A stretch of 63,509 nucleotides of DNA, filler included, from Choristocarpus tenellus KU-1152 (Eukaryota; Protista; Phaeophyceae): the NCBI GenBank assembly GCA_964200185.2. It is 12 parts of 12 records of this genome, joined end to end, with 100 filler letters (N's around TTAATTAATTAA, not from the genome) between each part and the next. Parts side by side here need not be neighbours in the genome. Positions count along the whole stretch, not along the records: positions 44,106 to 49,606 come from CAXNAD020010599.1; positions 49,707 to 54,374 come from CAXNAD020013536.1; positions 54,475 to 60,465 come from CAXNAD020009223.1; positions 60,566 to 63,509 come from CAXNAD020023471.1; 8 more parts are not named here. One strand, given 5' to 3'. The position numbers were made by a program, and so were the translations under genes. The notes beneath the pieces were generated by a model. That model saw only the letters and a list, made by a program, of their open reading frames with translations, did not search any database and was not told the DNA's origin. Every line of letters starts with the position of its first letter. The stretch's first letter is position 1. Positions 49,541 to 62,177 of this stretch are shown in pieces.

Positions 49541-52155
49541 ACCTAAGTATCTGGGGGGGGGGGGGGGGGGCCCACCAAAGGGCAATATTGTGATCAAAGG
49601 GAAATGNNNNNNNNNNNNNNNNNNNNNNNNNNNNNNNNNNNNNNNNNNNNTTAATTAATTAANNNNNNNNNNNNNNNNNNNNNNNNNNNNNNNNNNNNNN
49701 NNNNNNGGCTCTCTACCTTATCACATAATCCACCAGTGGTGTCTATTGTGTATCAGCAGCACTATCTACGAACAACCTCTTCTTCGTAATGACCGTCGTT
49801 TTGGCCTTTCCTCTTTACCTTTTGCGGAATGCTTGTCCTTCTGTGAGTATCCTGATGATGTCATATCAACCCTTGGTGTCGTTGACTCGGCATGGGCGTA
49901 GTTCACACTTTGCTGCACAATATCGTCATTCCTGTTCCCTCTACCCGTTGGGTCAGTATCGATGGACTCGTTGCCGCTGCTGCCCACCGCATGGACGTTT
50001 GGGGACATTCCGGGGCCACTCCTGACAGGCATGGACTCTGAATCCGTGCCTGGCCGCCTCCCCACGTCATCCTGGACATCTTCCTCTGGACATGACAAAG
50101 TGTTACAATCAGCGTGGTCCCCATCCCCTTCATAGTCATGTTCTGAGGGTGTGGTTGGATGCCTTCCCCCATGTAGTGTCCCACTTCCCGCACCTACAGT
50201 AGGGTTAGGCGATGGCGTCCTGTTCCTCTTTATCATCTAATGGGTCGGGTCCTCCACAAGGTAGAGAGTTCGTTGATAAGGAGTTGGATACGATCTAGAT
50301 CGTGGTTGTCTCTGAGGGTGGTGCATGTGATTACGATACCTTCTGGTCGGGTCTGGAGAAGGGCAACTGTTCTCTCGTGAGCGGCGCTCGTTTCGGACTT
50401 GAACTTGTCAAGCTCGTGCTCGGACGTGGCGTTTTTCTCTGGCGTGATCACAATGTTTGTGACTCGTGTTATCTATGTAATGGTGGATGAGTAGGCAATG
50501 GATGAGGCGAATTAGGAAGCAAAACAACGGGAAGAGGAGTAAGGGTACGTGCGGTTCGTCGTACTTGGGTGGATTCTTTGAGCCCATAAATCAGGAAGAC
50601 AAGTAGGGCTTGTAACATAGGGTTACGAGGATGCGTATAGGACTATAAGACATGGACCACAACATGATTTCCCACCCTGCAATGGGTTTGTCGATCGACA
50701 CAACACAACGAAAGTATGAATAAATCTGCGTCAGTGTACATTGGGAAACTGTCTAATGTCGGTAAGATCTGTGAGAGTCGAGGCGGTATTTTCGGTGTAG
50801 GGAATGATGTTTGATGTTCACGTATGGCGATACTGTATAATGATGTAATTCCTTTCCTGCGTGTTCGCCACTGGTGTTCAAGGTAACGCCCTCTGAGTAT
50901 TTGACGATGTCCAGGTAAAATGTACCCTCCTCCACATCCTCCCGCAACACAAGGTCCCTTTTCACCTGTGGATTTTATGGGGTTAAAATAATGTGCACGA
51001 TCAGGGCGTTTATTGTGAGGGGAGAATTGTTGTTACAAACTCAAATACGGTGGACAGATGAGAGGATGAACCTGATCCTCCCTTGAGAACCTCTTTGCTT
51101 AGGATGTATTGTTCTTTGGAGCAGGCTCTTCTGAAAACCCGTCTGAGGAGTCATCAGCGTCGGGGTCAATCCCGAGCTCATCTTTCCTCTTGAGGTCGTT
51201 CATGACCTACGGCGACCTCCAGGACAGCCCTTTTGACGAGGACATCCTTGGTGTGCATTCTCCTTAAGTATGCCCTTTTAATTTTCCACGGTTGTGATGC
51301 CCATTCGTCCTCAGCCTGGGTAGCAGTGGAATTGGACTGTGTGGATATATCTTCCATATGAATCTCCCGTGGTCGCCTATCTGGAGGTTCGCTCTGACAT
51401 CTGAGGCCCATTGCGTTGTGACATGGGCCGGGAGGTTGATGCCACATGGGATATTATAAGGATCACATATGCTCCAAACATCAAATAATGCAACGCCTCA
51501 GCTATGGTAGGAAACCCTCCATGCTGTGTCTACAACCCTCCCGACATCTACCCCCGGTTGGCGCGTAAATCTTTTTATCTTCATCTTACACTTTCGCGGG
51601 TCAACTTAATGTTTTCCTGCTTAGGGTTCTTGTTTCAAATCGGTACACACCACCCCTAACCGTCTTGCTGTGCTTTGGAAATTGATGGTCTTTACCGCCC
51701 GACAAAACACATCAAATTTCTTCAGTATTGTCTGCCCTATGTCAAACACAAACCTGTGCATATGTTTGCTCTCCCGACATCTAACCTGGGTCGGCGCGTA
51801 AATCTATTTTGTCTGCGTACGGTATTGGTACTTTCTCATATTCAATATTCCTTCCATGTCGGCGGGGTTTACCATTCGAAGCATATTTGCACATAGCAAT
51901 CTCCTCGGAAAGTGCTACTCCGTCCTCATGACGACAACAGCACTTTGCACTTGTCATCTCACGTTTGCCTAACCCACGCATGGACACGAACCTCGCACTC
52001 CCTACAGATCTTGTCATCATTGATCACATACTCTATCACTCTTTATACAACAACGCCCTTGCTGTCATCGCCTAACATTAGTACCCACCCCTGTGTCAAT
52101 ATAATTCTTGTTTCCTGATATCGTTGCCATAAAATATCCACCCCTACCTTCACAG

Positions 52156-52651
52156 GCAGCTGGCCGGAGGCCCAAAGAAACCTGAAGAAGAAAAAACGAC
52201 ACAGTTGATCACATCAAACCCCAGCGCGACCAGTACAACTGACCTGGCCAAATCTGCTTTCTTGTCCCAGAGGTACAATGCCAATCTCATTGACAAGGAT
52301 AGGGTAGAGTCCATGTTTTCAAAGCTGGGGCCGGACCCACAGGTCGCCAGCGATAAGCTCGCAGGGATCCTGAATGGGCAGCCATTCTCTTTGTGCTCGA
52401 GATGGAAAATCATCAATAAGTTCAAGATCGAGATGCGCAGGGCAAAGGTACCCTTTGATGTGTCCGACGGCGAACTGCTTGTGCACTACATTGCCGACGG
52501 CAACCTGGACCTAGATGAGGATGTCGACGCTAGGGATCAGGACGATGACAATAACGTCTTGTTTTGTCTGGATGGACAACATAGAATAATGCTCCTGAGG
52601 GTCGTTGAGTGCATGGCCTTACAAGCTATCATAGACAGTTCCTGTGGTTAA
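52156..52651 (+). CDS. Exon-like ORF with a DGQHR (ParB/Srx-like) motif; possibly a pseudogene
   Basis: Acceptor CTTCACAG at 52155, open frame ending ...NNVLFCLDGQHRIMLLR; no flanking exons identified. Confidence 0.45.
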
Positions 52652-53091
52652 ACTGTCTATAAATTGAATTGTCAAGACCTGACCATAGGATCAAGTGCGG
52701 CACTGGAATTGGCTGGGGAAGGCCAACACGTGATCGCGGGAGCTTGCTGGAGCTTGGAGTGCACACAACCGGGCAGAAACCAGCATAGTTACTTGAGAGA
52801 CGAAGGGTCCAATATGTCAATGAACGACGGCAATGGACCTGGCCCAGCCTGGGGGGGTTTTGAGAGACCGATTGGTCTAAATTAATGATAGCACAGCATA
52901 TTCAACCTTCACGAGTTGAGAGACTTGTTGAGAAGGAGGTGAGGGGAGTTTCTGACCGTCCGATGTGAGTACGAGATGGGCGTTAGAATGCAACACTCAA
53001 AAGGAGGTATTCAAATTGCATTGGTGACGCTGTTCGAGTTCTTAACCGTTCCTCAGAGACAAGAAACGAAGGGTCAGCCACAGATAGGGTC

Positions 53092-54360
53092 ATGGGTGTG
53101 ATCCTCGATATAGAAAGCTATCTGGAAGATACCAATCTGGGTGGTCCTTTCCGAAATAATGCTGGACAAGTGGGGGAGACTTGGAAGGTAGGGCCGGGAA
53201 AGGTACTCTCGGAGGCCTTTATTGCAGGGCTTAAACCCCTTGCGTTTAGGGCTGAAATTGCTAAGTATGTGTCTTGGGATCCTGAGCTAGAAAAGGATCC
53301 AAACCAGATCTCTGAGTTGGTAAAGGAGGAAGCCAAACCTGGAGAATGTATGAGAGGGTCTCGGAATTTGAATCGGAACGAATTAAGCAAAGTGAACCTG
53401 GTGGTAAAACACCAAGAGGGGAAGCCTAAGTTTGAGGAGACGAATATGGCAAGCCAGGGGAAGGCACACCTGGTAGTGGACTGAGTGTGAGGAGAGTGAA
53501 AGTATCTTAGAGGGTACGAGTATTGCCCTGTTTGTCCATTTGGGGCTTGGCTTCTCATGTTTTTTTATGACATTTTCCTACTCCAAAATATTTCGAGTAG
53601 GTAAAATGTGTATGTTATAAAAAGGTGTGTCCGGAACAAGGATGTTGACACTTCCTAACAAACACGATAGCCAAAACTACATCAAAATCGCAACATTGAA
53701 TTGTGCCCCCCAAATGGACGCGGCTCTACCCACTAAGATACTTTGGCTCAGGAAGAACAAGTTCCAAGGGACTTGTGATGCATGTGGGAAAATTGGGCAT
53801 AAACATGCTCAATGCCGAAGCTTGCTGGTTGGCATCCGGAAGGAGCAGCAGCATCAGCAGCAGGGGTACCCACAGCATCGTGGTAGAGTACAGACCCTGG
53901 GAGGGGATCTGGACCAGGGCCAAGACAACAACCTGGGGATGCCAGACAGCAACCCTCAAGTGTAGGGGGGGGAACAAGACGTCTAGGTGCAGCCCAAGCT
54001 ACAAGGAGCCAGCAGGGGATAGCCCCACAGCCTGCTACCGAGTTAAGGCAAGGCACTGGTGGTGGGAGTATGAATGGCAGGGCAGTGAGGGTCAATAAGA
54101 TGATTCATGATGATGTAGATCATGGGATGCCTCTGCAGCCACCAAGACCGGATCCCAACATTAATCTTTATGCAGGCCATACTGGTCTGCGAAAAATCCA
54201 GGTCACTCATGAGGAAGTGTCCCGAGCTACGGAAGGGGTGGATATAGAAAGGTTGAGCTACCATGGTACAGCAGATGTGTTAAAGAAATTGGTGTTCCCA
54301 AGACTTGCGTATGTAAATAACTCGATTAATTCATCATTATGTAGAACAGGTTGTACATGA
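53092..54360 (+). mobile_element. LTR-retrotransposon gag remnant split by MITE A
   Basis: Removing 53494-53749 plus one AGGA gives GSGLSVRKNKFQGTCDACGKIGHKHAQC (CCHC knuckle); upstream EAFIAGLKPLAFRAEI is gag-like. Confidence 0.75.
53494..53749 (+). mobile_element. MITE family A copy, TSD AGGA
   Basis: Family A TIRs; perfect 4-bp TSD. Confidence 0.92.
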
Positions 54361-57300
54361 AGTAAGGAAGGTGTNNNNNNNNNNNNNNNNNNNNNNNNNN
54401 NNNNNNNNNNNNNNNNNNTTAATTAATTAANNNNNNNNNNNNNNNNNNNNNNNNNNNNNNNNNNNNNNNNNNNNCAAAAAAAGAAAAAAATGGCGAAAAA
54501 AACATGAAGCCCGTTCTCTGAAGGGCCTTGTGACGGGCATCACGAATGCGCTTTTATTTATTTAATCCGATGTCTATATCAAACGTTATGACTGGACAAC
54601 CCTAGAGGGCGAAGGAACTAATGTTACAGGCAAGTAGCATGAGTATTTCTTCCCGCGCTTTAACCTGCGCGAGCAGTGTACACGCGTGGGGAACTCCAAA
54701 AGAGGGAACTCCGATTTGCTAAATAGTTGCAGAATAAAATCTGGAACTTGGGAAAGTCGCAAGGGTTCTCAGATATATTCCAATGTCTATAAACCAAGGA
54801 AGCGCTAACGGTAAATGATGATAAGAGATCCTAAAAACCGCTCCAAATGGCTCAGTTCAGGTCTAAAGAGACCCACCTATAGCACGCTCGATCTGATACC
54901 AATAAACATTTCTCATGCTGATTGATTCATTGAGAGTACCCCTGTTCTGCTGAGCTGATGTTCTTTAACCTGTGGATTGGAGCTATACATTCTGTGGGAG
55001 GTAAGTTTCTGGAGCGTGCCTGTAACATGGAGGTCTTACCTGGTCTCTTCAAATTGGAGAGAATACTCGGCATTCACCTCGACACTTATTATTCTTGGTA
55101 GCTCCATACAATAGCCTGGAGGTTTCTTTCCAACTCAGTTTTGGGGTCTCCCTGGATGGTTTTGCAACGCTTTCACCGTCTATGGGATTTTCTTCTGCTT
55201 GGCCTCGTCATCTCCATGGATGGTCTTGGAACATTGGCTCCACCTCCTAAGTTGGAGGAAGGGCCTAGCGTAATGGCATATATGGCTCCAAGGGAAACAT
55301 CATACACCTATAAGTGGTAAACGAGTGGTTTCTGACCGCCATGATATAGACATCGCCTACGTAATTATTTTCCGCCATTCGTACTCTCACATCCCCGATC
55401 TGTTTTTCATGCGTCACTTTGTTCTTTTATTCCCCAGGTCTACAGACATGCCTGGCTCACAGTATTCGCAAGAAGTCGAGGTTGCCTCTGACACACAGAT
55501 TCTCCAAGGAATCGATGATTCAGTGAGATTCCAGCCCAGTACCACACCTCGAAGGAATTCTGGCCGCAACCGTGGTCGCTCTGCTGAACGCCGTAGTAGC
55601 CACAGGGAACATGTTCGTTTTCATTCTTCCACTCGTGACAGATCTCGCCCCAGGTCGAGATCTCGAGATAGGCATACTCCCATTGAGACGGGAGGAGGAC
55701 CAGAGAAGAGCGCAGAGGCCGCACCCATTCACCTAGACGTCACCGTTGGACCAGGGAATATTCTCCAAACAGGTCTGTATCACCCAGGTTAATTTCGAAG
55801 GAATAACCTGAGTATGGTACGTCAGTCCAGAGAGGTCGAAGCACAGTTGCAACGAGGAATTCATGAGTTACGTACACGAGCTGAGTCGAATGAGTCACAA
55901 TTCAATACGCAGCAGCAGAGTAGAACCTCTCGCAACCTTGACATGTGTTATCACCAATGTTGTGTTAAAACCATGGAGTGCATTCATAAGAAACTCGGAG
56001 ACCCTGCTAATGGTCTCGTTTTTCTTGGAGTACTGCTGACACTTCCGCCCCAACCATGTCAAACACCCAAGTTTTCTTCGCTAATGCTCTTACCAAGGCC
56101 TTAGGGAGGGTTCAAGGAGGATCATGGGCCTTACCTAAAGACCATGCCCACTATCGTAACACATCACGTCCACGTAGTGATGCCCTAACCCCTTTCCACA
56201 TTGAGCTTCTCGAACAACTACTGTCGGACTCTCTCAGGAGAGGACCTACAGCGATCTAATGAGTGACTCCTCTACAGTAGAAGTCCCAGGCATCACCGGA
56301 CAACTCCTCCAGGTTCCTTGGGAAGACATGACAGCTACGGAGTGGGTTCATATCCTGGTGAGAGAATGTACTCTTTCTTACAACCAATCGAAAAATGCCG
56401 TAGGGAATACAGTGAGTTCTTCAAGGACAGAGAGAGGGGAATCGTGGAAAGCTGCAGCCAACCGTCTTGTTCTACACTATTGAGCGTACACAGTAGATTC
56501 ACGGATGCCTCATGTCTGACAGGCAACTTTCTTTTGGAGGTATATAGGTGATAATCAACTCATTTATCTATGTGAACGAGCTCTCCCCATTCTTCTTCCC
56601 AATCTTATAGATCAGATTGGAGTACAATCGATGGCATTTTCATTTCGTAAAGAGATTCGAAATCAAATTCGCCCACTGGCAATTTCTCAGAATAATCCTT
56701 TGGGAGATGAAATGGTGCAGAGGGGAATTAAAGCAGAATGGATTTTCGACGATCTAATCGAAGAATTGTCCAATCGAAGCGACCAGTAATGCATTTGTCT
56801 CAACCAATCGCAATGCTGCAAAACCTGCGTCGTACAAGGATAAGACACCCACTGCTTTAGGTAGCATGGCTGATGCTCGTGCTATGTTTGCAGGCATGTC
56901 CGACCCTTTGTCTGCCCCTGTTGACTCTCCGATCGGCAGACAGGAACTAGGACTGCCCCACCATAGCAGGACAACCTCGCCAAGTGAGGTGCTAAGCCAG
57001 AGCCCACCGCCACATCAAGAGGTGGTCAACAATGTGCTGGCGACCCTCGCGACGATACTCCAACCTGTTTTGTCCCAAATTTCCCACCCACCGTCTGTGT
57101 TGCATTGACAAACCAGTCCGCTTCTGTTCCTGGGAAACACGGAGCATCGTTCATCTCTAAGAACAATGCATCCATGCCCGTTCAACCAGTAACACCCGCC
57201 ACCCAGTCTGCACCTCGAAACCATGTCTTCCTTAGCCGAAGACAGAACGAGTGACACACGGCGACACGATTCGGGTAAGGATTTACCTTCACCATCGGCT

Positions 57301-59120
57301 TCCCAAGATGAGATTTCGAATGGCTCAAGATACATTGAGTTTGCTTCCACCACGCTTTCGGCCGCGACTGCTTCAAGTCTATCAGCCACTGGTGCAGGTA
57401 TACCCACGACGACTTCATAGTACCTAAGGGCTACTTCGCATACCTATCCCAAGTTAAGCAGAGTACTACCCGAGGGAACGAGTCGCGCACGATGGTAGCC
57501 TTGACAGACTCCCATCTGCATGAACTCGCTGTGATGCAGGACTTTAAGTTTTCACCACTAGCTGCAAGCAGTCCGACCGATCCTGAGGCGTCAGAGTTGC
57601 CCTGAAGGTGCACCTTGGAGTCTCCAGCTCCAGGGTGCTTAGCTCCTGTAACCATAGGAAGCATGACCCCCACACCCACTTCGACAATATTTGCTATATC
57701 ACCTGCCCAACGAACTAGTCAAGTATGGATATCTGGGCTGTTGTGGCACCCTCGCAAAGTCCGCTTGCGAATGCCTGTACAGATACTCCTTCCTTGACAC
57801 AGGTGCAGGAGGTGGGAACTACATTTCGTCTGCTTTTTGGCGCAGTACTACTCTCTGGGGAGGTAGCACCGGCCTGCCAAACCTCAACCGGGCAGGAAAA
57901 GGTACGTTGCAAGCAACAAATCCGAAAGGATACAATATTCCACCAATGCAGGTAATGGGGTCTTGCATTCTACCAATATTGTTTCCCCCAGAAGATAGAA
58001 TCCGCAATGTGACTTTTAGAGTGGTGGAAGGCCTACCTTATGGGATGGTTCTGGGAGCAGCATTCTGTAGGCAGAACAAGAGCATACTGTCATTTAGAGA
58101 GGGAGAAGGTTTCTGACCAGCCCCACACTCACCATGGATACCTTTCGTCCGAGCTGTGACACCCAGATCTCGTGATAACAGTATACCCCTGTCAGCCCTA
58201 GAAGAATGGCAAGCATCAACAACTACCACAACCCGACCTTCCAAGTACCACAGATTGCCTCTTAATACCCCCAGACCAGCTGGATGTAGAGAAATCCCCC
58301 CTGACACACTTTCCAGGTCCCCAAGATGCACTAGTACTCCGACGGGTGAACATACACGACCAGAGAAGGAATATGCAAGTTTTTATGTAGACCCAGAAGC
58401 AGGTACCTCAGGTACGGATTCAGCAGCGGGTACCGCAGCAGTAGATCTTACCCAAGACAAGGATCCTCTGATCCCATCACTGGAGAATCCAGGTCTAGTG
58501 TCCCTCCCTGTAGAGGTAGTGTGGGATGACGATGGGACTCTACAATGGGAACTACGTCTGTCAGAAGTAGAAACTGTAGAAGGGTTCGTCAGCAAAATTT
58601 GCAAAATATTTGTTAAGGGGGCACAACCACAGTCCAAACAGCTGGTGGTGATTGAGCCTTTATCTGAGTATAACTTGGAATTAGGAAATGCTGTCGGAAT
58701 TGCCAGAGGTGTACAATGGTGGAACCCAGGAACCCCCATATATTGCAAGCTGGTAAACACATGCAGCAAATCCAGCAGTGTCCAAGCAGGGCTGCCAGTT
58801 ACAAAGGCAATCGCTCTAAATACTCAAGATACAGAAAGGAGGACAGTGCACTCTCTTCCAAACACTAATCAAATCCCTCCAAGATGTCCCAAGGATACAG
58901 GTCCAACCTGCTGCAGCTAGGTCCCAATCCAGTCGTCCTCCTGAACCAGACGATACCAGTAACTGTTCGGTAGAAGAGAAAAGTGACACCCGTTCAGAGG
59001 AAGCCATGGGGATCCGGCATCAAGCGGTGAGCCTTAGTGATGCCAATATGGGACAACTGAAACCAGGTCAGAAGGAGCAGTTGGTAAGATTGTTAGAGGA
59101 ATTTAGGAATCTAGGGGTAT

Positions 59121-59377
59121 GAGAGAAAGTGTCTGAGAGGGTACGAGTTTTTCCCTGTTTGTCCGTTTGGAGCTTGGCCTCCCACCAGTTTTTATGACAT
59201 TTTCCTACTCCGAAATGTTTCGGAGTAGGTAAAATGTATACGTTACGAAAGGTTGCGTCCGGAACAAGGATGTAGACACTTCCTAACAAACACGATAGCC
59301 CAAATTGCACCAAAATCGCAACATTGAATTTCGGCCCCCAGACGGACACGGCTCTACCCTCTAAGATACTTTGACTC
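59121..59377 (+). mobile_element. MITE family A copy, TSD TAT
   Basis: Family A TIRs; removal with a 3-bp TSD restores FRNLGVFPEDPKR. Confidence 0.9.
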
Positions 59378-60201
59378 TATTCCCCGAAGATCCTAAGCGA
59401 GTTCCCCCATGCTCTAGAGGAGTACTACATATACCACTCATAAACGGGAACTGCACTCCTTACGCAGCGAAACAAAGGCACTTCTCCCCGGAAGAAGCGC
59501 AGATGATTCAAGCGGAGGTTAAGCAGTTGCAGGAACGTGGTATTATTAGACCCTCCGCCTCAGCATGGGCAGCAGCAGTGGTGGCCGTACGTAAAAAAGA
59601 TGGGACCCTGAGGTTTTGCACAGTCTATAGGATGCTCAATGATCTCTCACGTAGTGATAGTGGAGGACTCAGGAACATTGCCGGCATCTTCGATAAGCTT
59701 AAGGGTTCTAGCTATTTTACGTCTATAGATCTAGCGTCGGGATTCTTTCAACTAGAAATCGCAGAGGTAGACAAACATAAGACAGCCTTCCGTGACGCTC
59801 ATGGACAACTCTGGGAGTATAACAGGTGTGGCTTTGGATGAAAATCCTACCTGCAGTATTCTCTAGTTACATGAGGGAGGCCTTGGGAGATCTCAAAGGA
59901 AACGGTGTAGAAAACTGGCTAGACGAAACTCCGCCTCCTCCTGACCAGACTCAAGCAATACAGTTTGAGAATTTCCTGAAGTCCCTGTGGTGCATGCCCT
60001 CACAGGAATTTGTAGGTATGAAGGTAGGAAGAGATGGCTTAAGCCCTGCTCCATCCAAAATGATTCCAGTAGCAAAACTTGATCTCCCATCCACAGTTGA
60101 ACAGCTAAGAAGTTTCCAGGGCATGACAGGACACATGCGACAGTCTGTTCTGAACTATGGTCAAGTAGCTGCACCACTAACTGACATTCTACGAAATAAA
60201 G

Positions 60202-60460
60202 GAGTCAAAGTATCTTAGAGGGTAGAGCCGTCTCCATTTGGGGGCCAAAAACCAATGTTGCGATTTTGATGTAATTTCGACTATCGTACTTGTTAGGAAG
60301 TGTCAATATCCAGGTTCTGGACACAACATTTTCATAACGTATACATTTTACCTACTCCTACAAATTTTCAAGGAGGAAATGCCATAAAAAAAAATCTGGG
60401 AGGCCAAGCCCCAAATGGACAAACAGGGCAAAACTCGTATCCTCTAAGATACTTTCACTC
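60202..60460 (-). mobile_element. MITE family A copy, TSD AAAG
   Basis: Reverse-orientation family A; perfect 4-bp TSD. Confidence 0.92.
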
Positions 60461-61276
60461 AAAGGNNNNNNNNNNNNNNNNNNNNNNNNNNNNNNNNNNN
60501 NNNNNNNNNTTAATTAATTAANNNNNNNNNNNNNNNNNNNNNNNNNNNNNNNNNNNNNNNNNNNNGGTATTTCAGCGGGTTTGCGCCATACATCATTGGC
60601 CGGTGAATATCCCTGAAAGCGAAGCCGGTACAAATAATTGCGGGTGGTTTTTCTTCCTACCCCACGTTTATGATCAACAATGCCCTTTACATTGTAAGAT
60701 CCAATAGTGTTGGCTGTGTCTTTGACCCCTGATCAAGGTCAGGTTCAGGTAGAATCCTGCCTAAAAAGAGTGAATTAAGGGCATCTATATCTGGCTCTGT
60801 AGCTCTACCTTCCTTATAAGGTTTAAGTCTAGCCAGATGAACTGTCACTTCCCGTCAATCTTCCAAACGTTTTATGCAACAGGTGTTATACGTGCCTTCA
60901 CTTCATAAGGTCCTCTCCATGGGGACAACAACTTGGGGTTTGGTGCATCAGCTGACGTATACGGTTTGTGAAGCCACATTTATCACCAGGTTCGTATAGT
61001 GGGAGTTTATGGTTCACGTTCTTTGATTCGTTTCTTAAAGCCATCTCACCAATATTACGCCAGGCCAATTCATAGGCTAACTGTAAATTCTTTACTGTTT
61101 TCATACTGTATTCTTGTGCAATTATGGGGGTGGCCTCAGGGACCCCCAAAATAAGATCAATTGGTAAAATTGGGCGCCTCCCAAACATGAGAAAAAATGG
61201 CGTTTCTTGAACAGTGGGATTATAGGCTGTATTATGTGCTAGCTGGACAAAGGGCAATAATGAGGCCCAGTCAGAT

Positions 61277-61534
61277 GAGTGAAAGTATCTTAGAGGGTAC
61301 GAGTTTTTTCCTGTTTGTCCATTTGGGGCTTGGCTTCCCATGGGTTCTTTATGACATTTTTCTATGCCAAAAAGTTTCAGAGTAGGTAAAATGTATACAT
61401 TATGAAAAGGTGTATCCGAAACAAGGATATTGACACTTCCTAACTAACACGATAGCCAAAATTACATCAAAATCACATATTTGGATTTTTGCCCCCAAAT
61501 GGACGCGGCCCTACCCTCTAAGATACTTTGGCTC
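61277..61534 (+). mobile_element. MITE family A copy, TSD AGAT
   Basis: 4-bp TSD; removal restores GMLAMYSNMDQSDWASL. Confidence 0.92.
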
Positions 61535-61919
61535 AGATTGGTCCATATTTGAATACATGGCCAGCATACCATGCATTGTGGAGTGAATACTTTCACATAT
61601 ACGGTCAGTATGCCGTTGTCTTGGTTTTTATATATCCATACACTTTACGCAACTCAGCCAGGAGTTTATTCTCAAACTCTTTGCCTTGGTCAGAGTGGAG
61701 TGTTTCAGGAGGACCAAAGATGGAAAAAATACGGTCGACGAGAGCTTTGGCCACGGTTTTTTATTGCTTATTTGCAATACCAACCAAGATTGTGAATCTT
61801 GTAAGATGGTCTACAGCGGATAGCACATATTTTGCACCGTCTGACGTGGTCTTACTTTTAACTAGACCAATAGCAAGTCGTTGAAATGGACGTGTGACAG
61901 GCATATGTCCTGTCGGTAA

Positions 61920-62177
61920 GAGTGAAAGTATCTTAGAGGGTACGAGTTTTGCCCTTTTTGTCCATTTGGGGCTTGGCTTCCCATGTTTTTTTTATGACAT
62001 CTTCCTACTACGAAATGCTTCAGAGTAGGTAAGATGTATACGTTATGAAAAGGTGTGTTCGGAACGAGGGTATTGACACTTCCTAGCAAACACAATAACC
62101 AAAAATACATCGAAATTGCAGCATTGGATTTTGGCCCTCAAATGGACGCGACCCTACCCTCTAAGATACTTTGGCTC
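61920..62177 (+). mobile_element. MITE family A copy, TSD TAA
   Basis: 3-bp TSD; removal restores SHTLTPLPTGH in frame. Confidence 0.9.

Larger units (their letters stand above)
54622..60465 (+). mobile_element. Decayed Ty3/gypsy retrotransposon (5' LTR, PBS, gag, PR, RT)
   Basis: LTR TGTTACAG...CTGTAACA 54622-55027; PBS TGGAGGTCTTACC; protease FLDTGAG (~57790); RT GIIRPSASAWAAAVVAVRKKDGTLRFC...FTSIDLASGFFQ...KTAF; MITE A at 59121 and 60202; truncated by the contig end. Confidence 0.92.

Noticed and set aside
60466-60565. Joining the gypsy RT (plus strand) and integrase (minus strand) into one inverted element
   Set aside because: Separated by an artificial linker; relative orientation carries no information.
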